A stretch of 59,388 nt of DNA, from assembly GCA_016748015.1 (NCBI GenBank), contig JAAOMT010000200.1, positions 1 to 59,388 of the forward strand. Direction: 5' to 3'. The DNA is from Geosiphon pyriformis uo1. Lineage: Eukaryota; Fungi; Glomeromycota. The notes below the pieces were generated by a model that did no database searches, had not been told where the DNA came from, and saw only the letters and a program-made list of their open reading frames with translations. The first letter of the stretch is position 1. Each line of letters starts with the position of its first letter. Below are positions 11,987 through 23,671 of the stretch, piece by piece. A program made the position numbers and the translations under genes.

Positions 11987-12841
11987 TGTTACTTATAGAA
12001 TATAAGAAATATAGTATTATTAGTTAGTAAATATTAGCTAATTAGAGGTAGATATAGTAAAATGTGGAATTCCAAGATTCCTCTCAGAGAAATTGCAGGA
12101 TTCCAGGAATTTCAGGATTCTCCAGCAAGAAATTGCAGGATTCCAGAATTCCAGAATTCCTCTCATCAGGAATTGCAGGATTCCAGTCACAAGGAATTGA
12201 AGAATTTCAAATATGTATATATAGCAGTAGTAGTAGAAGCAGAAAAAAAAAGGAACATTAAAAATTCTTAGCTTAGTTACCACAATCCTCAAATAAATAA
12301 TTATTCACTTTATCAAATTCATTCTTCACTATCAACACTTCATGTTGATAGTAACTAATACTTAATCATACTGGAACAATAGCTCTTGATTATGGCTATT
12401 AATAGGATACTAACTTGCAAATTGTCTTGGCTGATTTCTTATTTTCTCTTTTATCTTTCTTTATTTTCTTTGGTTGTCTACTAACTTGATTAAAGAATTT
12501 ACTCTTGGAAGACTTATGGAGAAATAAACTTGCTTAAACAATACTTACTCTTGGAGGACTTACAGAGGAACTAATGTCAGAAAACAGCACTGGTATACAT
12601 TTACGAAGGATATTGTACCAAGAAAATCATCAACCATCAAACTGAGTAAGCAATCGACAAAACTATGGTTTCAGGAAACTACTGATAAACTGTTATCATT
12701 GAATCTCTGTCTATTATACAAAAAACTTGATTGGAAAACCTTCAGATAAAATATCTTCAAATTATCATCATCACCACTCACTTTGCATACCAAGTTATGG
12801 GTTTGTTACTCACTTGACACCCCAAAGACTCACCTGTAACA
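11987..12841 (+). repeat. Gypsy-1 3' LTR (855 bp)
   Basis: Direct repeat of 2677-3514 with TG..CA termini. Confidence 0.95.
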
Positions 12842-15800
12842 CTGCCAACAAAAAATGTTCACTAACACAGAGAAAAAGATACTAAACAAAGAGAGACACA
12901 GTGTTAGCAATGCTATTAGTGCAATCATTCCCCAAAATACCAGAGTGGCTCTTAATCTTAAGCCATTTAACCCTCAAATTCTTACTGCGAATAACATTTC
13001 TAATATGTCAATGCTTGACCCAATACCAATTGTAAAAATCAGGATACACTAAGTCAGACTCCGACCTGTAGGCATCCAAAGCCACCTAACTATCTGAAAA
13101 CAAATGAACAGAACAAGCCATAGGCACACACTCCAGAGCCAACGTTATAGCCTACAGCTCCATCAAAGTAGATGACACTAAGCCCTGAACACTGACACTT
13201 AAACCCAAATTAATGTTCTTAAAAAAGGCAGTAGTCTTGGCTCTATAACCAATCATGTCCAAATTTTTTAATGAACCATCTGTGTACACAGACAAGCTAT
13301 CAGTGTCTACCCAAGAAAGACAATCACAGATAGACAGAAAATCATTAGAACCACAAATGTCTAGAGGGCCAACACCAGCCAATGCTGAGGGAAAAGAATG
13401 AAGAGCCACAAGAAATACAACAAAAAGTTCAAACCATTCAGGAACTGAACCATGAGGGTCCAGTCTCTTCCACCACTTAAAAGTGTGCCAGCTAAAGACA
13501 CAACCATGACAATCACGAAGCTGGTTCACAAAGACAATGCCATAATACCAAAGAGAAGGTAGAAACTTGTAAAACAAAGATTCACCAAGAACAACAGACA
13601 TAGGTACCCTACCATGAAACTAGAAAGAGTTGGCCAAAGAGCCACTTGCAGTCAAAAAAAATGTGAACCATACCAGCTAAGAAATTATTAGAAACATTAA
13701 CACAAATACGAGCAGAGAAAACCAATGAATGAACAGGCCACCAACACAGAACCTGTAAGTCATGAGATCTGGAATTGAACAAGCACCCCAAAATTCCATC
13801 AAAGTTTACAAAATTAATAAGCAAAGCAATCTTACCTTCAGATTGACACTGTGAAAAAGACTTCAAACCATAAAAAAAGGGGTGGTGAATTGTATTACTA
13901 GGAAAGTTCAGTAGAAGACCAGATTTTAGCTTCAAGCCCTTGTGAATTAAAGCATCCCATTTGTTGCACACACCAATAAGAACAAAGCTAAACTGTGTTC
14001 TATAGCTAACAATAGGGTAAAGAACTGTTGAAACCAAATACAAGAACTGTTTATCCAAGACAGCTTTCTTTAAAACCAAATTAGTAAAAAAACAAACATC
14101 TGAATATGCCCTCACCAAACTAAGTTTAGAAAGGCCCTCAGTTGAAAGAAAAATACCCAAGTATTGATAAGACTCCCTTTTTTTGGCGATAAAAATAGAC
14201 AGACTACTGATAGAAAGAGAAGAATCACTGACCCTGCTGTTAATAAAAATCACCACTGTTTTGTCATTGTTAATTGAGATATCATTGATCCGAAAAAATT
14301 CACTGGCAATATTGAGGATATGTTGAGTAGCATTTTGACTGCTACCAATTCAAATCATATCATCAATAAAGACACCAGCAGCAAAAAAGGAAAAACACCC
14401 AGCCCAAGATTTGGCACGACTATTTTTGGAAATAAAATGAGAATTCAATCTATATCCACATACACTTTTCTGATGCTTGATTTCACACAACAAAGGATCA
14501 TAAAATATTTGTCACAAAAGAAGAGAGAAAACTTCTCCTTGATCCAGGCCATCATGTACATGATAACTATCTATTAAACCAAAATTTGTCATAATCTAAT
14601 TGGTACAATTATTGTGAATATTGCCAAAAAAATGAATGAATTTGCTATACATCTTAATCCTGATCAAACTATTTTTGAAATGTTCCCAGCCAACTGAATT
14701 ATATGCTTTCTGCATGTTTTGCAAAACCAGCCAGAGCTCTTGGCCCTTTTCTAAAGCATTTTTAACCACTGAACCAATTGTGAAAATAGGAGACTAAGTT
14801 GTTGTACTTTTTAAAACTGAGAAATTGTCCCCATAAAAAACATCAAAGATACTATATGCCAAGAAAATCCTGTCAAAAAAAATCTTAAAAAAAACCTTAC
14901 AAACTGTTTTGATCAAAGCAATAGAATGAGTATTGGTCAAAACACTCTTTCACTTATATGATTTGGGAATCATTGAGATTCAGGCCTCTTTCCAGGAGCC
15001 AGGCACCAATTTACCAGACAGACAAAGGTTCAAAATCACCAAAAACATATCCAGAACAGACTTATTACAATGTTTCCAAAGTTCATTTGAGATACCAGAC
15101 AAGCCAGCAGTCTTGTCATCAGGGAAGTCAGAAATCACCCCAAAGAATTTATTAAAACCAATTAGGCACATCACACCAGAAAAGGCTTTATCAAAAACAT
15201 ATTCCAAAAGTTGATATTGATGGCACCAATCAATTGATATATCATCAACCACATAATGCTTCTTGGTCCATCCCTCCATAATTACGTCCACCTTAAACTT
15301 AACCAAATCAGATTCCAAAATCAGATTATCATTAACCACCAGATGGTCTAACACCACTTTATGAAATAGACGCTCCAGTACACTCCTAATTGTATGATCC
15401 TTGTTAATCTTAAAGCTCTCTATTCTCTTATCAATGACAGACCTGATGTATGCTTTCTTAGCTCTCTTAGAGATTCAGTGAGTTTGGAAGCATGGTAAGA
15501 CTTCCTAACACCAAAAAGAGCAGAACGAATACGATCAGACCCAGCACCAGAATCCACCAGATTTCAAACAACAGAAGACTTGACATTGTTTATAAAACTC
15601 CAGCATTCCATAAGATAAACAAAGTTCTCAGCATCTTTCTCATGAAAAGTCTTAACAATCCTAGAAACCAAAAGCTTTAATTTATGAAATTTTGAAAAAT
15701 CTTTGGTGAAAACTTCATCAAATCCTTTGAACCACCTTTTTTTGAAAATTTTGTTAGCCAAAAGAGTCATAACTTTGCACACAACACACCACATAGTGTC

Positions 15801-16672
15801 CAAATCTGAAAACCTCACAGATGCAGTGAATTCACCTAAGAACAATATAGCATTAATTAGCATAGAACTTTTAAAATTATTCCATTTAATCTCATCAGCA
15901 CCTTTGAAATTGAACTTCTATCAATCCTTATTGGCCTGTTTGTGGAGAAAGTTTAATCTTGTATCTAAAAGACCACCCAAACCCAAAGACACAGAAACAG
16001 CTTTGTAATCTGTATCAAAATGTTTACTGACAACAAAAACATTGTACTGCATTATCGCATTCACCAGATTTGAAGAAACAAACACATAATCAATTGTCTT
16101 TGCAACACCCCAAGAATTGCTTCAAGTTGGTGCCTTAGCAAAAGAGCTCCCACCCAAAGAATTAATCAAACCTAAATCATGGCACTTTTTAAAACTAGCA
16201 CACTTATGAGAACCATCTTTGTTGAAATCACCACCAAGAATAACAAAAGAAGATTTATTCATGGCCCTTGCAATCAAGGAATTGATCTTATTAGCCTGGT
16301 AAAATCAAGTAACCAAGAAGGCACCAGCATATAGTCCCAGAATCGAAACCAAAAGTTTATTCTTGAAAAGTAATTTAATGCAAAAAAAACAACCTGGGAC
16401 CTCAGAAATCTTATATACATGCTTAGTTAAGAATCTATTCATAACAATTGCAACACCAGCACCCACATAGCCAGAGTCTAAACCAAAAGAAAACATACAA
16501 ACATCATCAAATTTGTCAATCAACCAAGAACAAGTCTTATTTCTTAACTTTGTTTCCATGAAAATTGAAACCAAATTGTTTATATTTTTATGCCATCGAA
16601 CAATATCTTCCTGTTTGGCAGGATTGTTCATGCCTTTGACATTACACATAGCCACTTTCCATACCAAACTAC

Positions 16673-18556
16673 TCATTGAGATGAAAAGAGAGCTGAGAAA
16701 CCCACACCAGAACACAAATGATTCAATCTTTCCAAAACCAAACTAATTAAGACCTCAAAAGCTACTATTTTCAATTCCAATCCACCCACCTTAGAAGTCA
16801 AAACCTTGAAAAAACTTAAGCTAGAATCATGGACCACATCATCAACAGCTGAAAGAGGAGGAGCAGAAGCCAATAACATATTATCTACAGCCATATCCAC
16901 ATCCAAGTACAGCACCAAAGAGAGTAAAGTGGCCAGAGAAGAAACACTAGAAGGGATTGCCATCAGTACCAGTTCTATGCCACCCAACTTTTTTAATATA
17001 CCAGACACCTGATTCATTAAGAGCTCCAAGGAGCATTCCAAAGTGGCCAGATGAGCATTCAAAGAAGAGTTGTTATCTGATGTGAGAGGAGAGCCAATGT
17101 TAGAATCTGAGGCACCAGAAAGAGAAAGACTAGAACTGGAACCAGAACTGAAATGAGGACCATCAGAAGGACCAGCAAGTAAGACCACCTAGGCCCAAAA
17201 TTTGCCACCAAAGACAGCAGGGCAAGATATTGAAACACCTTTCTTTTCATACAACTTTGCCAATTGAAGACAATGTCCATCAAATGCAATCTTTTTAAAT
17301 ATTCTTAGAGGCTCAAATAGAGATGCAACAGACACATCACATTTCAGAGCAGAATGATCAAACTTCTTGCATTTCTCACACCAAACCAAATCCATCTTAG
17401 CCCAAGAGAGTTTAACTTCACCAAGAATCAGCTCCGTGTGAAAGGCAGATTCCAGATTATCATCAGATTCAAAACCAACTACAGCACAACAAATCCTATT
17501 ACCAGTTTCCAGAGATCTGTTTATGATACAAGTTTTCTCACCAGTCTTTTCCAAAAGAGTCCCAAGATCATGTGCTGTCATTCCTACCAGCAAAGTAAAC
17601 AAAAGTGCCCTGAACTGATCCCTTGATGCCCAAGTCTTATGATCTCCTACTGCTTTGACTATGTGCACAGAATCTTTACTAATCAGGAATGATCACTTAA
17701 AGGTTAACAAATCAGCTTGGCTTAATTTAGCAAACTCTACCACAGCTTTTTGCCACATTCCAATCAGTTGAATTTTGATTGACTTAATTTTCCCGAATTC
17801 GGATACTGCAGCAACAATCATATCTTTAAGTGTGTTCATGAGAATTTCCTTAATCACCATAGTCTGATCTGACCTCATTCCTTGTCTCTTAAGATTGCTG
17901 TTTATGTTGATCCCCTTTTTTCTGGCCAATAATGTGGCCATTTCCATGCTTCTTTCTGAAATAAATATTGATCAGATGATTTCTTCAAATTTTAAGGGGG
18001 TAGTGGCCCCCCCAAAACCATTGACTGATGAAAAAATTTTTCTGATGTATTGAGTCTTTGCCATCACAGATTTCTTTTCAATAGCACTAAGATTAATGTC
18101 AAGAGCAAAAAACTTTCTGACAGAAACTTCAATTTGAGATTTGACAATTTTTGAGTCAACCCATTTTTTTTCAAGAGAAATTTTAAGAGAAGAAGGGAGG
18201 GGCACATTATCTTTATCTATTTCATAATTAATTGAGCCAAGAGGAGAGCCACAAACCAGATTAGAAGTTGCTTTTTTAGTTTTAGGGGTGTTTGTCACTA
18301 AACCAAAAAAAGAACCATCGCCAGCACCAAGAAAAATATCATCGTCTTTACTATCACCAGACACACTGTTCATATCCGAATACACATCATAACTAGGATC
18401 AGATTTGACCAAAGAAATATCTTTTTTATCTCCAGAGTGTTTGATATTACCAACAGAAACTCTTTTTTTTTGAGAAAAAAAACTCCCAACAGGACCATAA
18501 AGAACCTCTATGGGTGCTTTCTTTTTAGGCATAGTACTACCTGAAGCAGCAGCCAA
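16673..18556 (-). pseudogene. LINE-A ORF1 (RRM-like domains, CCHC knuckle, coiled coil), several premature stops
   Basis: Successive ORFs 17972..18556, 17693..17947, 17189..17668 (CEKCKKFDHSALKC) and 16673..17188 align with the intact ORF1 at 56889..58850. Confidence 0.85.
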
Positions 18557-21500
18557 GTTTACTACAAAAGAATTATTTGATTGAGAAATGTTTGCAAGAG
18601 ACAGTAAGAAAAAATAAAAAAACTTTTTTTTTGAAAAAATGCTTTTTGGGGTTTTTTGGAAGTAAAAAAAAAAGAAGTTTATAGTTTTAATATCCTGTTA
18701 ATAATTATGGTTTTTAATATCAAATATAATAGTAACAATAAAAATAAAAAACTTTTGAACTTTTATATCAATAATTTTAAAGTTAAACAAATTAATACTA
18801 ACAAAATAATAATTTTTTTTGGCTTTTGTAATTTTAATACTAATAATAAAAGTATGTTTTTTTTTAAAAAAAAAAATTAATTTCAAAATTGTAAAAATTT
18901 AAGTAAAAATACCCATTAAAAATTTTTTTTTTTATATATTAATTTTTTAACAATTAAAAACAAATTAAATATGATTAAAATATAGACAATCAATTTTTTT
19001 TTAAAGTTAATAATTTTGAAAAAATTATTATTATTTCAAAATTTAAAAAAATTATCTAATTTATATTTATTTAAAAAATATTATAAAACAAACTGTTTTA
19101 TTAACTAATAAAAACAAGATTTAAATTAATGACAATTTTAAAAAACAAAAAATTTGTTTAGATTAAACTATAATAATAAAAGAAATTTCTATAAATATGT
19201 TTAAGAAAAAAATTGTTTTAATTTTATTTAAATATAGTTAAATAGTATTAATCTAATTGCAATTAATCAGATTATGTTAGAAAACTATAATAAAATTTAC
19301 TGATTTATATTAAGTTAATATTCTGACTAGAAAATAGTTTGTATTAATTAAAAAAAATTTAATATATGTAATCAAAACTATTATAAATTAGATTACTTGA
19401 ATATTAAAAAATAAATTTAAAATATTATTATTTATACTATTTATGAAAACAATTATAAACAATTTAGGTTTATTGTTATATAATACAGATAAAAAAATCT
19501 GTATTATTAATAAATTATTTATTACAGATATTAAACTTTATTATATAACTATTTATTTTAAATCTAAAGAGAATTTGATCTAAGTATTTTGTTCTATTTC
19601 TGTTTTTAATAACATTAAGCTTTTTTGGATTAAATTAAATTTAATTTGTTGTAATAAATATAATCATTTTGGTTATTTTATTTTAAAATATAATATATAT
19701 AATTTTCAGACTTTTTAACTAGAAAGTTTTTTAAATATATATTATTTATAAAAAATTAGTTATATTTTACTTATTTTTATGTCAAAAAAATCTTATTTAT
19801 TGGTTTTTAAAGACAAGTTTTAAGCTTAAATTGTTAACAATAATGTTTTAGTGCTTATATTAATGTTTTATTTAATAATATATCTTTTTTTGTCTTAATA
19901 TACAGCTTTTTTGTTTTTTTTTGTTATTATTTATTAATACTTACTTAAATGTTTTTGAATACTTTTTAGAGTTATTAACTAATAAAATAACCAAAATTTC
20001 TAACAATTTAATTTTTTTATGCTAAACTTAATAAGTTTTTAAGTTTTTTTTTATTGTTTTTTTAATTATTAAATTAAATATAAAAATAAATATATTAGTT
20101 TTACAATTTAATCTTTTAGATAATAGTACAAATTGTGTATTATCTTTAAATGTAAATACTTTTAGAGTTTTTACTATTAAGATTGGCAATTTGAAATCTA
20201 AGATATTAATTTTAAATATAATATTAATTAAGTTAAATCTCTTAGTTTTTAATATTAATTTTTTGTTTTTTTCTTTTTAATAACTAATTTAATTTAGAAA
20301 TTTTCTATGTGCAACATGTATAAAATAAACAATTTTATAAAACAAAAAAATATAATTAAATAATATAAAAATAAAAACAAATTGATATTTATAATTATTA
20401 AAATAAAATTAAAAAACAAAGTATATTTTTGAATAATAAATTAATTTAATAATATTTAAATTTTGGTGTTGTTATTATTATAAACAATAGTTTAATTAAG
20501 CATATTTGTAAAATTATTAAAGTAAATAGTTAGCTTTTATTAATTAAATTATTTTTTAAGAACAAACTTTCAATTTTTATTTTTGAATTATATATTAGTA
20601 CGGTTATAATAACACATTTAACTTAAGCTAAAAATATCAATTTATTAATTACTAAAGCTAGTAATAAGTTTTTTTTTTGTAATTTTGAGTAATAATTTTA
20701 ATAAAAATAGGTTTTAAAAATATTTTAATTTAAATTTAATTAATTTTTTAATAAAAAATATGATTGTTAAAACTAATATATATAAAAATTTTAGAGTTAT
20801 TAAAAAATTATTGATTATATATTTATTTTAATAAATTTTATTAATACAATAATCAATAAAAGTATTATAAATATTAAGAACTTTTTTAATATTAATTATT
20901 GTATTGTTTATGTTTCTATTAATTAAAATAGTTTATTAAATATACAATTAAATTTTTTTTGCAAACAAATCAACAAAAATTACTAAAAATATAATATTAA
21001 AAATACTAATAAGTTTAAATAGAATTAATTTAAAGTTTTTATACTTATTACTATTCTTATATATATTAATAAGTTTATTTTTTTGAAAAAATTTTTGAAA
21101 ACAAATACAATATAAAATGTTACTTAAAAGATAATTTGTCTTTAATTAATAAAATATTGGTTTAAAAATTATAATAGTATTTTTTCCAAAATTTTTTTTC
21201 AGTTTTACAAATTGGAAATTTAAGTTTCAAAGATTATTTAAGCTTTATATTTAAAACTAAGTATTAATTACGATTTTTTTTTGGATTATTAATTCTCTTA
21301 TAATAATAATAATGTTTTCTACATACATAAATTATTAAATTCAAATATTAGTTTTAATATTGTTAAGTTTTATTGTGTTTTTAATCTAATTAAGTTTTAA
21401 CAGACTAAAAATATACAAATTAAAATTAATATTAATAAATATATAAAAAATTTTAAAATTAATAAAAATTATATTATTAAAAATATTTTAAAATATCTTT

Positions 21501-22253
21501 TTCAGAAAATGGGTTTAAATTATTTAGTTAACAAAAATAAGTTGGTTTTGAAGTTTGAAAAAATTAAGTTTAAGATAAATATGATTATAAAAGATTAAAC
21601 AAAAAAATTTTTTTTTAGATAGTATTCTTAAAATATAATATTGTTAATATTTGTTTTTAGCTTATATTAATAATAATATCTTTTCTATAATTATAAATAT
21701 TATTAATTTTAATAAAATGCTGAATATAATTAAAAATTTGCTTAATAAAAAACCTGTAAATTTGTCTATAATTACTAATAAATTTTAATAATATTATAAT
21801 AAATCAATTTTAAAAATATTTTTAGACTTTTTGAATTTGTTTTTAATTTATAAATTAATTTTTTAATTTTGAAAAAAGTGTAAATGTCAATAATTTTTAA
21901 ATCATACAAATAAGAAGGAGTTTTAATTAACACTAAACTTATTGTTTTAATTAAGACTACACCAAAATTTTTTTTTGATAAAATTCTTTTAACTTGTAAT
22001 ATTTTTGATGTTTTCTGTAAAAATAATTTTTTGGTTTTAAAAAGCATTACAATTCAGTTTCTAATTTTTGTAGTTAAATCTGTGATTAAAAATGTTTTAA
22101 AAAAGAATTATAAACTTTGATTAATTTTGTCAAATATATATAAAATATATGGTTTTATTAATTAATAATATTTAAGATATGTAATAAATTTATTAAGTTT
22201 TTTGGTAAAATACACAATAATAAAATTAATCAAGTTATAACAAATTTTAATTT

Positions 22254-22888
22254 TTATTATTATTGCTTAACGAGTGAGGTCCAAACACAACCTAGCACTA
22301 TACATCAAGGAATTGATCTAAACTAAGCGTGAATCATGCACTTTTTACACATAACCAACCACTCGGGCCGATCAGAACAACACTACGCAGCTATATGAAC
22401 TGACACTGATTCACCTATACCTGAAAAGAACAAGCAAGCCTTGCGAAAACCAAAATAAACACCTAAAGCACTAGTAATGCCAAGTAACCTAACCATCCCT
22501 ACAGAGAACCTCGAAGCCAAACCATGAACCGAGATGATGGCTGAACCATCTAGCGGGATCAGTTCATTCTTCTCCATATACGCACAATGCTTAGCACAAA
22601 TCAACCAGACATCCTTCCTAAAAGCAAGACCAAGAGAGTGCACAAACTTGACAATCTCCAAAACAGCAATCTTGGGGTTATGAAAGATGGAAACAGCCTT
22701 GCTAAACCATCCATTGAAAACAAAGCCCTTAAAAAGAGCCATAGACACAGAGGAATCAGAAACACTGGATGACAACAGCTGCAATATATCTAAAGAGGAG
22801 TAAGATGAACCAGAAAGTGCCTTCCAGGACCCTACATGAGAATTCAGCAACTGGTGCCGAACAGATTTGTCAACCTTGCAAGAGAACA
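22254..22888 (-). mobile_element. LINE-B, 5'-truncated insertion (635 bp)
   Basis: ORF2 C-terminus 22383..22889, conserved 3' UTR, (TAA)n tail; 12-bp TSD AAATTTTAATTT at 22242-22253 and 22889-22900. Confidence 0.9.
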
Positions 22889-23208
22889 AAATTTTAATTT
22901 GACTAATAAATATTATATATATAATAACTTAAACTAAAATAAGATATATTTTTTTTTCTTTAATATATCTTTTATAATTTTTTTTTATATAAAATTTAGA
23001 GGCAAAAAAATTTGTGCAACTACTAAATTGATATTAAAGTTTGTTGCCAAAACAAAATAGATTAAGAATTAAATTAATATAATATTTTTTTTTGCTGTTA
23101 AAATTTTTATTAATAATATAATTTAAGTAAAAAATAGTTAAGTTGTTATTTAATATATTTTGAATATTGTAAATAAATTTTTTTGAATCAATAATATTAC
23201 AATTAACA

Positions 23209-23264
23209 GTATAGTACTAGGCAGTATATGGATCTTACTTGTTAAATAAAAAAAAATTAACAAT
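23209..23264 (+). mobile_element. Extremely 5'-truncated LINE tail (56 bp)
   Basis: gtatagtactaggcagtatatggatcttacttgttaa plus A-tail matches the LINE-A/B terminus; TSD AATTAACA at 23201-23208 and 23265-23272. Confidence 0.75.
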
Positions 23265-23671
23265 TACAAAATAATAACTGTTTTTATTAATTATAGAATA
23301 AGAACTCTTATATTATTAATTAATAACTTGCCAATTTTAATAGTTAAAAAAAGCAAATTATATAGATACTTGAATATTTTTTTGTCATTTAATAATTTAT
23401 ATAAACTTAATACAATTAAAACATATTTAAACATTAAATTTTTTATTAATATAATTTTAGAAAAAATTATCTCAAACAAACAGTTTTTTTATTTATTATT
23501 AATTACAAATTACAATTTAATTTAGTTTTAATATTTTATTTTTATTTAACACATTTAATGAGTGTAGCCCAATTGCTATCTAGTATATAGAACCAAACTA
23601 AGAGGCTCAAACTAAATGTGACTCACGCACTTTCTACATGTGGCTAGCCACTCAGACCAGACAAGGCAACA

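Larger units (their letters stand above)
2677..12841 (+). mobile_element. Gypsy-1: full-length degenerate Ty3/gypsy LTR retrotransposon (10165 bp)
   Basis: Paired TG..CA LTRs, PBS, PPT, domain order PR-RT-RH-IN, degenerate 4-bp TSD CCAT/CTGC. Confidence 0.95.
1837..16676 (-). pseudogene. LINE-A ORF2 (APE-RT-RNase H-zinc knuckle), disrupted and split by Gypsy-1
   Basis: Starts MSSLVWKVAMCNVKGMNN. The frame E-H-F-L-L-A-D-G-D-V-V-S-G-N is restored when 2677-12841 and one TSD copy are removed. Confidence 0.85.
1702..18677 (-). mobile_element. LINE-A, full-length degenerate non-LTR retrotransposon interrupted by Gypsy-1
   Basis: ORF1 fragments 16673-18556. ORF2 fragments: APE (16305-16676), RT (AGVFIDDMIW ~14350-14382), RNase H (VYTDGSLKNL in 13152..13601), C-terminus 1837..2387. 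Conserved 3' tail 1720-1839. Ends are approximate because the TSD is not clean. Confidence 0.9.

Noticed and set aside
1690-18692. TSD for LINE-A
   Set aside because: Only TTTTAAT is shared (tggcttttaat versus tagttttaat), which is too weak in AT-rich DNA to call.
22320-22385. Hammerhead-like three-way junction in the LINE 3' UTR (CTGATC...GAAA...TTC)
   Set aside because: The CUGANGA and GAAA core is not correctly placed, and CTGA is not conserved in LINE-C or LINE-E.
18656-23525. Short K/I/N/F-rich ORFs; AT-rich DNA as organellar insertion or centromere
   Set aside because: The DNA decodes as eroded LINE ORF1/ORF2; the ORFs are compositional artefacts.
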